Counted from the first letter of the stretch, positions 20,352 to 39,499 are shown. The stretch: 57,447 nt of DNA from Eledone cirrhosa (GCA_964016885.1 CAXHJY010001083.1:1-57447); one strand, 5' to 3'. Made by a program: numbers and translations. Notes: generated by a model not told the origin, from the sequence alone.

Positions 20352-20590
20352 TAGTTTAGCCAGGTTTTTTTTATATGAAATCGTGTGTCGAAACAGATAT
20401 TGTTATACTTGGGGAGGGTCATATTTGCCTAATATTGCCAGAATTAATAACAGAACACACTCACTGTTTGGTTGGTTTTCGCTTCTCGCTGTCTTTTATA
20501 TCTGCGATCTAACTTACTCGGTCCTCAATGTTGCCATTGACTGACCGACGGTCAAAAATAATACAGATACAATATAGACACAAACACATA
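20352..20590 (+). mobile_element. Dispersed repeat family F fragment (unclassified)
   Basis: Recurs at 38936-39032 and 39510-39755. Confidence 0.7.
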
Positions 20591-20629
20591 TATATAGTTC
20601 TTATATATATAGATCACATATATATAGAT

Positions 20630-21275
<646 letters not shown>

Positions 21276-21276
21276 T

Positions 21277-21310
<34 letters not shown>

Positions 21311-21327
21311 ATATATATTATATATAT

Positions 21328-21370
<43 letters not shown>

Positions 21371-21381
21371 TATATATATAT

Positions 21382-24300
21382 TAAGGATTTACAGAAACCC
21401 ATGAAGCTAGATTTAACACCTTTCTAGTGGGTCCGGGTATGATTTTACATTCATTTAAATTATTGACGTATTGTTTTATTGATATTTTTTATCTGTTTGG
21501 CCCGAATCTTCCTTTATCGATTTTAAATCGTATGGTTGATTGTAGACTTGTTCTATATGTGACGGTATTTTAACGATAGTTATAGCTCTGATTCATCTGA
21601 ATTATTGAGCCCTCTGCCGCTCATATCGAATTTCGTTTATCGTGAACTCGTGCGCCGATTTTTCGATACTCGATCTTTCTAATATATTTAGCTCTGGACA
21701 TAGCTATCCACCAGTTAATTTTATTGCTCATTTTTTGTCGATTCTATTGAGTGATGAATAGCTTTTGTTTTATTTTAACATGTCTATTGAGCACTCTAAT
21801 TCGATATGTGTATTTCCACATTCACTCGAATTGTTTTCGCGGATATAGGGGTCATCTCCCTTGTCTAATGCCATGTGCGTTTTTCACCGCTAGTTGACTC
21901 CTCTGCCGCCAGGAAAAAACTCGTTGATAACGTAAACTCCGTTCCACTTACTCTAGTAGGCTTTTATATTTATATGTGAGCTGATAGAGTACAGTCTAAG
22001 GATTTACAGAAACCCATGAAGCTAGATTTAACACCTTTCTAGTGGGTCCGGGTATGATTTTACATTCATTTAAATTATTGACGTATTGTTTTATTGATAT
22101 TTTTTATCTGTTTGGCCCGAATCTTCCTTTATCGATTTTAAATCGTATGGTTGATTGTAGACTTGTTCTATATGTGACGGTATTTTAACGATAGTTATAG
22201 CTCTGATTCATCTGAATTATTGAGCCCTCTGCCGCTCATATCGAATTTCGTTTATCGTGAACTCGTGCGCCGATTTTTCGATACTCGATCTTTCTAATAT
22301 ATTTAGCTCTGGACATAGCTATCCACCAGTTAATTTTATTGCTCATTTTTTGTCGATTCTATTGAGTGATGAATAGCTTTTGTTTTATTTTAACATGTCT
22401 ATTGAGCACTCTAATTCGATATGTGTATTTCCACATTCACTCGAATTGTTTTCGCGGATATAGGGGTCATCTCCCTTGTCTAATGCCATGTGCGTTTTTC
22501 ACCGCTAGTTGACTCCTCTGCCGCCAGGAAAAAACTCGTTGATAACGTAAACTCCGTTCCACTTACTCTAGTAGGCTTTTATATTTATATGTGAGCTGAT
22601 AGAGTACAGTCTAAGGATTTACAGAAACCCATGAAGCTAGATTTAACACCTTTCTAGTGGGTCCGGGTATGATTTTACATTCATTTAAATTATTGACGTA
22701 TTGTTTTATTGATATTTTTTATCTGTTTGGCCCGAATCTTCCTTTATCGATTTTAAATCGTATGGTTGATTGTAGACTTGTTCTATATGTGACGGTATTT
22801 TAACGATAGTTATAGCTCTGATTCATCTGAATTATTGAGCCCTCTGCCGCTCATATCGAATTTCGTTTATCGTGAACTCGTGCGCCGATTTTTCGATACT
22901 CGATCTTTCTAATATATTTAGCTCTGGACATAGCTATCCACCAGTTAATTTTATTGCTCATTTTTTGTCGATTCTATTGAGTGATGAATAGCTTTTGTTT
23001 TATTTTAACATGTCTATTGAGCACTCTAATTCGATATGTGTATTTCCACATTCACTCGAATTGTTTTCGCGGATATAGGGGTCATCTCCCTTGTCTAATG
23101 CCATGTGCGTTTTTCACCGCTAGTTGACTCCTCTGCCGCCAGGAAAAAACTCGTTGATAACGTAAACTCCGTTCCACTTACTCTAGTAGGCTTTTATATT
23201 TATATGTGAGCTGATAGAGTACAGTCTAAGGATTTACAGAAACCCATGAAGCTAGATTTAACACCTTTCTAGTGGGTCCGGGTATGATTTTACATTCATT
23301 TAAATTATTGACGTATTGTTTTATTGATATTTTTTATCTGTTTGGCCCGAATCTTCCTTTATCGATTTTAAATCGTATGGTTGATTGTAGACTTGTTCTA
23401 TATGTGACGGTATTTTAACGATAGTTATAGCTCTGATTCATCTGAATTATTGAGCCCTCTGCCGCTCATATCGAATTTCGTTTATCGTGAACTCGTGCGC
23501 CGATTTTTCGATACTCGATCTTTCTAATATATTTAGCTCTGGACATAGCTATCCACCAGTTAATTTTATTGCTCATTTTTTGTCGATTCTATTGAGTGAT
23601 GAATAGCTTTTGTTTTATTTTAACATGTCTATTGAGCACTCTAATTCGATATGTGTATTTCCACATTCACTCGAATTGTTTTCGCGGATATAGGGGTCAT
23701 CTCCCTTGTCTAATGCCATGTGCGTTTTTCACCGCTAGTTGACTCCTCTGCCGCCAGGAAAAAACTCGTTGATAACGTAAACTCCGTTCCACTTACTCTA
23801 GTAGGCTTTTATATTTATATGTGAGCTGATAGAGTACAGTCTAAGGATTTACAGAAACCCATGAAGCTAGATTTAACACCTTTCTAGTGGGTCCGGGTAT
23901 GATTTTACATTCATTTAAATTATTGACGTATTGTTTTATTGATATTTTTTATCTGTTTGGCCCGAATCTTCCTTTATCGATTTTAAATCGTATGGTTGAT
24001 TGTAGACTTGTTCTATATGTGACGGTATTTTAACGATAGTTATAGCTCTGATTCATCTGAATTATTGAGCCCTCTGCCGCTCATATCGAATTTCGTTTAT
24101 CGTGAACTCGTGCGCCGATTTTTCGATACTCGATCTTTCTAATATATTTAGCTCTGGACATAGCTATCCACCAGTTAATTTTATTGCTCATTTTTTGTCG
24201 ATTCTATTGAGTGATGAATAGCTTTTGTTTTATTTTAACATGTCTATTGAGCACTCTAATTCGATATGTGTATTTCCACATTCACTCGAATTGTTTTCGC

Positions 24301-25990
24301 GGATATAGGGGTCATCTCCCTTGTCTAATGCCATGTGCGTTTTTCACCGCTAGTTGACTCCTCTGCCGCCAGGAAAAAACTCGTTGATAACGTAAACTCC
24401 GTTCCACTTACTCTAGTAGGCTTTTATATTTATATGTGAGCTGATAGAGTACAGTCTAAGGATTTACAGAAACCCATGAAGCTAGATTTAACACCTTTCT
24501 AGTGGGTCCGGGTATGATTTTACATTCATTTAAATTATTGACGTATTGTTTTATTGATATTTTTTATCTGTTTGGCCCGAATCTTCCTTTATCGATTTTA
24601 AATCGTATGGTTGATTGTAGACTTGTTCTATATGTGACGGTATTTTAACGATAGTTATAGCTCTGATTCATCTGAATTATTGAGCCCTCTGCCGCTCATA
24701 TCGAATTTCGTTTATCGTGAACTCGTGCGCCGATTTTTCGATACTCGATCTTTCTAATATATTTAGCTCTGGACATAGCTATCCACCAGTTAATTTTATT
24801 GCTCATTTTTTGTCGATTCTATTGAGTGATGAATAGCTTTTGTTTTATTTTAACATGTCTATTGAGCACTCTAATTCGATATGTGTATTTCCACATTCAC
24901 TCGAATTGTTTTCGCGGATATAGGGGTCATCTCCCTTGTCTAATGCCATGTGCGTTTTTCACCGCTAGTTGACTCCTCTGCCGCCAGGAAAAAACTCGTT
25001 GATAACGTAAACTCCGTTCCACTTACTCTAGTAGGCTTTTATATTTATATGTGAGCTGATAGAGTACAGTCTAAGGATTTACAGAAACCCATGAAGCTAG
25101 ATTTAACACCTTTCTAGTGGGTCCGGGTATGATTTTACATTCATTTAAATTATTGACGTATTGTTTTATTGATATTTTTTATCTGTTTGGCCCGAATCTT
25201 CCTTTATCGATTTTAAATCGTATGGTTGATTGTAGACTTGTTCTATATGTGACGGTATTTTAACGATAGTTATAGCTCTGATTCATCTGAATTATTGAGC
25301 CCTCTGCCGCTCATATCGAATTTCGTTTATCGTGAACTCGTGCGCCGATTTTTCGATACTCGATCTTTCTAATATATTTAGCTCTGGACATAGCTATCCA
25401 CCAGTTAATTTTATTGCTCATTTTTTGTCGATTCTATTGAGTGATGAATAGCTTTTGTTTTATTTTAACATGTCTATTGAGCACTCTAATTCGATATGTG
25501 TATTTCCACATTCACTCGAATTGTTTTCGCGGATATAGGGGTCATCTCCCTTGTCTAATGCCATGTGCGTTTTTCACCGCTAGTTGACTCCTCTGCCGCC
25601 AGGAAAAAACTCGTTGATAACGTAAACTCCGTTCCACTTACTCTAGTAGGCTTTTATATTTATATGTGAGCTGATAGAGTACAGTCTAAGGATTTACAGA
25701 AACCCATGAAGCTAGATTTAACACCTTTCTAGTGGGTCCGGGTATGATTTTACATTCATTTAAATTATTGACGTATTGTTTTATTGATATTTTTTATCTG
25801 TTTGGCCCGAATCTTCCTTTATCGATTTTAAATCGTATGGTTGATTGTAGACTTGTTCTATATGTGACGGTATTTTAACGATAGTTATAGCTCTGATTCA
25901 TCTGAATTATTGAGCCCTCTGCCGCTCATATCGAATTTCGTTTATCGTGAACTCGTGCGCCGATTTTTCGATACTCGATCTTTCTAATAT
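21382..25990 (+). repeat. Tandem array of ~7.5 apparently identical 615-bp HHR-containing units (retrozyme-like)
   Basis: TAAGGATTTACAGAAACCC starts at 21382, 21997, 22612, 23227, 23842, 24457, 25072 and 25687. No ORF of 60 aa or more lies within it, and it is flanked by (TA)n. Confidence 0.95.
21919..22053 (+). ncRNA. Type I hammerhead ribozyme with U3-A8 core, repeated every 615 bp (7 complete copies)
   Basis: ACTCG-TTGATAA(21924)-cGTAAA(c)TCC..TACTCTA..TAGAGTA..GGATTTACa-GAAA(22009)-CCCA..CTAGA..TCTAG-TGGG-TC(22048)-CGGGT. Stem I is actcg/cgggt and the triplet is GUC. Confidence 0.82.
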
Positions 25991-26030
25991 AATATATATA
26001 TATATATATTATAAAAGCACATATCGTTAT

Positions 26031-26581
<551 letters not shown>

Positions 26582-26582
26582 A

Positions 26583-29500
26583 TATAAGATCAAAAGATGG
26601 TTAAAGGAGTTCCATGTATTTTATTATGCGCATTTAAAAAACAAACATCATCATGCAATAATATTTTTGTTTTCATCAGATAAAACAGGAGAACATGATA
26701 TGAAGGCTAAAAAACACTTGTGGATAGTGCAGTTTTAAATCAACATATGAAAAGTGGTTTTAGATTGATGTGTGATATTGGGAAAAATATTTTATTTAGA
26801 GAGGGGGGGGTGGAAAGGATGAAAAAGGGGAGGAGATGAGAGGGAGAGATGGGTGATAGAGAGAAAGAGATAGTTTTTATAACTGAGAGGAGATATGTTG
26901 TTTTACATAGAGAGGTTGAAAACCGTTGGAAGATAATGTATAAATTAAAAAAATTTGAAAATTAACGAAAGGAGGATATGTGCGAGGAAAAAGTATTTTA
27001 TTTAGGGAGGGGGGGTGGAAAGAATGAAAAAAAGGGGGAGGAGATGAGAGTGAAGGTGGAGAGGGAGAGATGGGTGATAGAGAGAAAGAGATAGTTTTTA
27101 TAACTGTAACTGAGAGAAAGATATATTGTTTTACATAGAGAGGTTGAGAAACCGTTGGAAGATAATGTATAAATTAAAGGAATTTGAAAATTAACGAAGG
27201 GAATTTATGTATGAAGATAGAGAGAAGAAATAATATTGGACCAGAGCCGATACCTCTAACAACTTCGACATCACAATGGGAGCATCCGATTCATCCCAAT
27301 TGACTGATTTAATTGGTATCTTCATTTTGAACTCTCTGAGTCGGAAAATTCCTCAACTTCGCGGTGGAATTTATCGTGACGATGGACTCTTTACCATCCT
27401 AAATTGCAATATAGTTAACCTTAATATTATTAAGAACAATATACGTAATCTCTTTAACCAACATAACTTAAAAATTGAATTTGATAATAGTATCAAACTA
27501 GCTAATTTCTTGGATGTATCTCTTAATCTTGACACTGGCCTATATTACCCTTACCATAAAAGAACCTAAATTATGTTAACTTTAAATCTAACCATCCTAC
27601 CAATATCAAGAATGCTATAGTTAGTAATATTGGAAAAAGAATATCTAACATATCCTCTAATAAAAACATCTTTGATGCTAACGCCAATTACTATAATAAC
27701 GCACTTTCTAAAGCCGGCTATCCAGATAAAATCAAATATAGTAAAGAAACAAATTCTAGAAAAACTTACAGTAGAATAATTAATCATGATCATTCCAATA
27801 ATTTTAATAAAAGACCTAGATACAAAAACATAATCTGGTATAATGCTCCTTTCTCCATCTCTATTAATAACAATATTCCTAAATTATTTTTTAGTGCCCT
27901 AAATAAATGCTTCCCTCCCTCACATATCTATAGTAAAATATTTAACAAACACACCATCAAATTTTCTTATTCCACATCCTCCAATATTTCCAACATCATC
28001 TCTAAACACAACAATAAAATACTAAATACTAAATCTCTTCCTTCCAATATTGAATTTCATAATAACAGTAATAGTACTCCCGACGTCATTGTAAACCCTA
28101 GGCTAACTTCTGTAAACCCAAATACAACGTCAAACACAACTTCGCTAAATGTTCATAATCCAACTCTAAATCAAGAAACTATTATTCCTATCATTCCTAT
28201 CGCAAACAACTTCTCCAATCCAATTCCTTCTATAGATAACACTAGGTCACTCATTAATAATCTCTCTAATTGCAACTGCCGCATTAAAAATAAATGTCCT
28301 CTCAACAACCATTGTCTCGATAAAAACTTAATTTATGAATGTAAAATTATAACTAGCACCAATTCCTTCACCTATTTTGGCTCCACTTCCACCTCTTTTA
28401 AAGCTCGTCTCTATAATCATCATTCATCTTTCAAATACAAACTTAAAAGAACCAACACTGCTCTCTCAGAACTCATATGGTCCTTAAAAGACAAAAACAT
28501 TAAATATACCATCTTTTGGAAGAAGGTTTCTTCTGCATCCTCATACTTGAACAGCTCTCTATCTAAAATCTGTAATCTCTGCCTAAATGAAAAATTTACC
28601 ATTATCTCTAACCTAGATTCTATAATAAATAGACGTACAGATTTGTTTTCTATCTGCCTGCATAAATTCCATAGAACTTTTCACAAAGTATACAGTTAAT
28701 ATTCAATTCTTTATCAATTTAGAATCTTTTCTCAAAGGCACATATACATACACCTCTTTAAAATATACCCATCTTCCTACCATACTTTAAAGGACTTTAT
28801 ACACTCTATAATACTTGTTTACTCATTACCCTCATTCTATCTTCACCTTGTAAAATCATTCATAACATATACATCTGTTTTTTTGACGTTAGAATATTCA
28901 TCCGCAATCATTATTTTTTTCTCTCTATCATAAATCTTTTTAATCTCAATTTCATCCTTAATTTATTATTTTTTTTCTCCCCATCAACGAACTCATTCTT
29001 AATACATATTAACTCTATTCGCATATATTATCAATTCCTCCAATATACAAACTTTAACTTCACATTATTTTTCTCAAATCCTTCTACACACAAAGCTTAA
29101 TAATTTTTCTCTTCGTTAATTTTGAAATTGCCACAACATACCCTTTTTTGACGTTAGAATATTCATCCACAATTATTATTTCTTCTCTCTATCTTCATAC
29201 ATAAATTCCCTTCGTTAATTTTCAAATTCCTTTAATTTATACATTATCTTCCAACGGTTTCTCAACCTCTCTATGTAAAACAATATATCTTTCTCTCAGT
29301 TACAGTTATAAAAACTATCTCTTTCTCTCTATCACCCATCTCTCCCTCTCCACCTTCACTCTCATCTCCTCCCCCTTTTTTTCATCCTTTCCACCCCCCT
29401 CCCTAAATAAAATACTTTTTCCTCGCACATATCCTCCTTTCGTTAATTTTCAAATTTTTTTAATTTATACATTATCTTCCAACGGTTTTCAACCTCTCTA

Positions 29501-29912
29501 TGTAAAACAACATATCTCCTCTCAGTTATAAAAACTATCTCTTTCTCTCTATCACCCATCTCTCCCTCTCATCTCCTCCCCTTTTTCATCCTTTCCACCC
29601 CCCCTCTCTAAATAAAATATTTTTCCCAATATCACACATCAATCTAAAACCACTTTTCATATGTTGATTTAAAACTGCACTATCCACAAGTGTTTTTTAG
29701 CCTTCATATCATGTTCTCCTGTTTTATCTGATGAAAACACAAATATTATTGCATGATGATGTTTGTTTTTTAAATGCGCATAATAAAATACATGGAACTC
29801 CTTTAACCATCTTTTGATCTTATATTATGTATACTCCAGTCCTACAAACTGTAGAGTGCTTCTTATCCGATATCTGCATTGCTTTATTGTACTACAATAA
29901 AACTCACCTCCT

Positions 29913-29915
<3 letters not shown>
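26583..29915 (+). mobile_element. PLE family A, copy 2, with inverted 3' arm 26583-27233
   Basis: The body matches the reverse complement of 1-1628. The 3' UTR has a ~230-bp internal duplication (29232-29620). The HHR at 29728 has GAAA changed to TAAA in both arms. Confidence 0.92.
27233..28699 (+). pseudogene. PLE RT/GIY-YIG remnant, frameshifted near 27560
   Basis: Same protein as 171..1975, with a short deletion at ~27560. It retains AGYPDK, which copy 1 lacks. Confidence 0.88.
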
Positions 29916-29984
<69 letters not shown>

Positions 29985-29985
29985 T

Positions 29986-30226
<241 letters not shown>

Positions 30227-30237
30227 ATATATATATA

Positions 30238-30866
<629 letters not shown>

Positions 30867-30944
30867 ATATATTATATATATATATATATATTATATATAT
30901 ATATATATACATTATATATATATATATATTATATATATATATAT

Positions 30945-31009
<65 letters not shown>

Positions 31010-31042
31010 TATATATATATATATATATTATATATATATATT

Positions 31043-31127
<85 letters not shown>

Positions 31128-31148
31128 ATTTATCATATATATATATAT

Positions 31149-31183
<35 letters not shown>

Positions 31184-31187
31184 ATAT

Positions 31188-31290
<103 letters not shown>

Positions 31291-31292
31291 AA

Positions 31293-32279
31293 ATATATAC
31301 GACTGTTATTTCTAACAGTACGGTTATGAGACTAGCCAGATACTGTTAAACCATGTGCGTCACACAGTCTTTTAAATTATTTAGAAGTGAAGCATATCAA
31401 TTTGTCCCTGATGTTTACTGAGGAGAGCAGGACATGATATTCTACACTTATTTATCTCGAAACATATTTGGATTTTAAGTTTAAAACTTATCTACGGAAC
31501 AGGTTTGATTTTGAAATTTAAATGTGTCTAAACATCATAGCCTTTTGGCAATGCAGTTCGTCTTTGTTGATTTATTATTTTAAATCGATATCGACAAACT
31601 GTAGTATAATAATTAGTATACTTCAATCTGGCTAAATTTCCTTTTGCAATATATATACAGATGTGTTGGTATCTGTGTTTCATCACATATATATTAGTTT
31701 ATACACGGCTCAGGGGTATTTTCCTCCTTCGAGCTAATTCCATTGTAAAAGAATTCATTACCTTATTAATATAACTGCTCCTAGTCTGAGCTGAAAGCCG
31801 CCTCATATATACGACTGTTATTTCTAGCAGTACGGTTATGAGACTAGCTAGATACTGTTAAACCATGTGCGTCACACAGTCTTTTAAATTATTTAGAAGT
31901 GAAGCATATCAATTTGTCCCTGGATGTTTACTGAGGAGAGCAGGACATGATATTCCTACACTCATTTATCTCGAAACATATTTGGATTTTAAAGTTTAAA
32001 CTTATCTACGGAACAGGTTTGATTTTGAAATTTAAATGTGTCTAAACATCATAGCCTTTTGGCAATGCAGTTCGTCTTTGTTGATTTATTATTTTAAATC
32101 GATATGGACAAACTGTAGTATAATAATTAGTATACTTCAATCTGGCTAAATTTTCTTTTGCAATATATATACAGATGTGTTGGTATCTGTGTTACATCAC
32201 ATATATATTAGTTTATACACGGCTCAGGGGTATTTTCCTCCTTCGAGCTAATTCCATTGTAAAAGAATTCATTACCTTA

Positions 32280-32283
<4 letters not shown>
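31293..32283 (+). repeat. Near-dimer of a ~512-bp HHR-containing non-coding unit
   Basis: ATATATACGACTGTTATTTC at 31293 and 31805; the copies differ by a few substitutions and indels. Confidence 0.92.
31412..31534 (+). ncRNA. Type I hammerhead ribozyme with long stem III (second copy 31925-32048)
   Basis: TGTTTA-CTGAGGA(31418)-GAG..CTC-GAAA(31459)-CATATTT...AAATGTG-TC(31528)-TAAACA. Confidence 0.85.
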
Positions 32284-32363
<80 letters not shown>

Positions 32364-33422
32364 TAGATAGATAGATCGATGCATACATACAGTACATAGA
32401 TATATACATACAACACATACATAAATACATCCATACATACACATATGCATACTTACTTACATACATAAACATATAGCTACCTACATACATGCATACATAC
32501 ACACATAAGTACATATATATACCATATATTTGAAGGAAAAAAGACAGGAAAAACAGCAGCCTAAGTCCCACAAGGACACATTTTTTTTAATTTCCCCTTT
32601 TTCCAGTGGATTCTGTTATCATTAATATTCTAAATATTCTGTCTATCTGTAACACCATTAACTAATTTGATGAATCAAACCAGTCAACTCTACAAGTGCC
32701 ATGAGCAATCTATAAATCATAACACAAGCATATATAAACATATATGTCAATGTATATGTACACACATCCGCGCGCAATTTCGGCTTGTAAACATAAATTG
32801 CACAAAACTTTCCTGTATTACAGCCCCACGTTATACCCTAACGGATAGCACGATCTATACGTGGATATTTTACGTCTTGATGTGGGAGCTAAGTATATGT
32901 TTTGTTTATTCCCTTACTTATTTGGATAGGTAAGTATATATTACCTGTATGTTTTGTGAAGGTATGTATACCTTCTCGTACGTATATTTGACTGTTATAG
33001 CGTATCATTTTTACATATTTTGCTATTTAGGGTTTGGATATGTGTATACGGGAGTTTTGCGTCCGCGTGAGTGTGCAGGTTCGTACGTATGATGGGTGTG
33101 TGTATATGTTGTTTTAGTTGACTTACGTCTCCGAACATTCGTGTATTTATATGTAGGTATGCGTGTGCGCTTGTTATATACGTATTTATTTACTTATATA
33201 CGTTTATATAATTATTTATTTATTTGTACACAAGCATACACACACACACATATTTATATGTACGTGGTTTTGTATACTCATGGTAAGGTTTTGCGTATGC
33301 TTGTGTATGTACGTATCTGTTCGCGTGTATGTATTTATTTGTTTCTATTACTTCTGTATTGTATTTATTTACTTTGTTCTTAACTCTGTAGCGGAGATTC
33401 ATTTGGTCTCCTAGTTAGAATT

Positions 33423-33690
33423 TTAGTCTACGATTTCTGCTATACCATTTACGTGGTTTTGTCTTTGCGTGCTATTGTTCTCCACGCTCCACATATGACT
33501 TATTAACTTCGTTTTTTCGTTCATTGCCAGAGAACGTCTCTATGCACCACCTAAGAGAACATTAGTCTACGACCTCTTTTATACCATAAACGTGGTTTTG
33601 TCTTTGCGCGTAATTGTTTTTCACCGCTCCTATTAATGACGTATTATTCGTTTTTTCCCGTTCTTTGCCAGCGAACGTTACCACGAACCA
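33423..33690. repeat. Diverged ~140-bp tandem duplication
   Basis: TTAGTCTACGA..TATACCAT..ACGTGGTTTTGTCTTTGCG..TTGCCAG.GAACGT at ~33423 and ~33562. Confidence 0.75.
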
Positions 33691-33768
33691 AAGTATCGTC
33701 TTCCTGTCTTCCTCCGGTTGCAACGTTTTTTGAAATATCCAGTTCTGCGTTTACAGATTGACTTTGTT

Positions 33769-33818
33769 AGTTTCAGAAGATCCGTTAAGGGTGAAAGCAG
33801 CGATTCTTTGCTTAAACT
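33769..33818 (+). ncRNA. Hammerhead-like motif with U4->A core (CAGAAGA)
   Basis: AGTTT-CAGAAGA-tcc gttaa ggg t-GAAA(33793)-GCA..TGC-TT-AAACT, with an outer helix ACAGATT/AATCTGT. Confidence 0.6.
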
Positions 33819-33841
33819 TTAATCTGTTATTTTAATAAATA

Positions 33842-34655
33842 CTAGCAGTAAAGCCCGGCGTTGCTCGGGGTCGCTCAGTAGCTGTGTTAAAGTTACAATG
33901 TTAAGTTTCTTTTTTGGCTTAAAAACTGTAGTGTCTACTGTGCAGACTTGCATGTGGTGTTTTTGATTAATATTCCCTCAACCAACAATATGCCTTATGA
34001 AGTTAAGAAAACATAACGATAACCCGAATGTTATAACAAAAGAGGATGCTGGGGATAAAAACTGCACTGGTTATTTATTAACAAAGATCGAAAATGTAAA
34101 CACTGCAACGCAGAGAAAAACATTAGCGTAACCAAATTATCAGTTATGTCTGTCTGCACGCCTATATCACCTCTCTGCACGACTGTCTGTCTGCACGCCT
34201 GAAATATTTGCTTGTTTTACGTAGTCTTTAAATAGACTTGTTTTCAAGTAAAAATATTGTTTTAAAATGCTTTTAAATGGAAATGAAGCAAAACGGAAGC
34301 TTAGTGTTCGAACTGATGAATTTTGCAGGTCAATATTTTGCTGGCTCGACAACTGTTCGTGTATTGTGTTAATGTCATTTTAAACGCTGAGAAAGCCAGC
34401 GTAATTTTTTACGTAAGACGCTCAATGTAAACAGAACAAAGGGAAATAACTGATAACTTACGCTCAAAAATCGATACATTACATTCGATTTCGTCACATA
34501 GGGTGGGTCAATTTGAAATATTTTTTTCCGATGTCTTGGCTAGGGCTCAATATACAAGTATAGCAATTTCGGTGCAATTCCGTGAGAGATTCTAAGAGGA
34601 GATGTGTGCCAAAAATCGATAGACAGACAGACAACCACAGTTTTATATATATAGA
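33842..34655 (-). mobile_element. Non-autonomous Helitron
   Basis: Minus strand begins TC(TATATATATAAAAC..GTCTGTCTG) and ends with the hairpin CCCGAGCAACGCCGGG followed by CTAG. It sits between A and T with no TSD. Confidence 0.82.
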
Positions 34656-34741
34656 TTTGCTCTACGGTTCTTATATATTTGATATATATTTTCCTTATCG
34701 AGCCCTCTTTGGATTTTAGTCTTCAATTTTATTATTATTAT

Positions 34742-34867
<126 letters not shown>

Positions 34868-34873
34868 AAATAT

Positions 34874-34930
<57 letters not shown>

Positions 34931-34934
34931 GTCC

Positions 34935-34969
<35 letters not shown>

Positions 34970-35004
34970 ATATATATTATTTATATATATGTATATATAT
35001 ATAT

Positions 35005-35056
<52 letters not shown>

Positions 35057-35121
35057 ATATATATATATATATATATTATATATATGTTATATATATATAT
35101 ATATATATTATATATATTATA

Positions 35122-35170
<49 letters not shown>

Positions 35171-35172
35171 AG

Positions 35173-35760
<588 letters not shown>

Positions 35761-35761
35761 A

Positions 35762-35827
<66 letters not shown>

Positions 35828-35879
35828 TATATATATTATATATATATATATTATATATATATATATTATATATATATAT

Positions 35880-35911
<32 letters not shown>

Positions 35912-35958
35912 ATATATATTATATAATAAAAAATTGAACAGGGACAGAACAGAGAGGC

Positions 35959-36061
<103 letters not shown>

Positions 36062-36124
36062 TAAATATATATATATATATAATATATATATATATTATAT
36101 ATATATATATATATTATATATATA

Positions 36125-36334
<210 letters not shown>

Positions 36335-36342
36335 TATATATA

Positions 36343-38856
<2,514 letters not shown>

Positions 38857-38873
38857 TATATATATATTATATA

Positions 38874-38941
<68 letters not shown>

Positions 38942-39396
38942 ATATTTGGGGAGGGTCATATTTGCGTAATATTGCCAGAATTAATAACAGAACACACTCA
39001 CTGTTTGGTTGGTTTTCGCTTCTCGCTGTCTTTTATATATATATAGTCGAGGAATTTAGGAGCAGTTTAGGTATGATACATTTTATTACTAATTATATCT
39101 AAATGTTTCTTCTCTCTTCATATATATATATATATATGAAGAGAGAAGAAACATTTAGATATAAACATTTAGATATAAACACGCCCCGATATATATATAT
39201 ATATATATATAATATATATATATATATAATATATATATATACTATATATATATATATATATATAATATATATATATAATATATATATATATAATATATAT
39301 ATATATAATATATATATATATATAATATATATATATAATATATATATATATATATAATATATATATATAATATATATATATAAATATATATATATA

Positions 39397-39427
<31 letters not shown>

Positions 39428-39446
39428 ATATATATATATATTATAT

Positions 39447-39499
<53 letters not shown>

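Noticed and set aside
21981-22002. CTGATAGA or CTAAGGA as the array's HHR core
   Set aside because: Neither gives a stem I with CGGGT; the upstream TTGATAA does.
21382-25990. CRISPR-like, rDNA or tRNA array interpretation of the 615-bp repeat
   Set aside because: There are no unique spacers, no cas genes and no recognisable 5S/tRNA/snRNA sequence.
39094-39180. Small hairpin around a TA spacer considered as a MITE
   Set aside because: No TSD or second copy; better explained as local fold-back.
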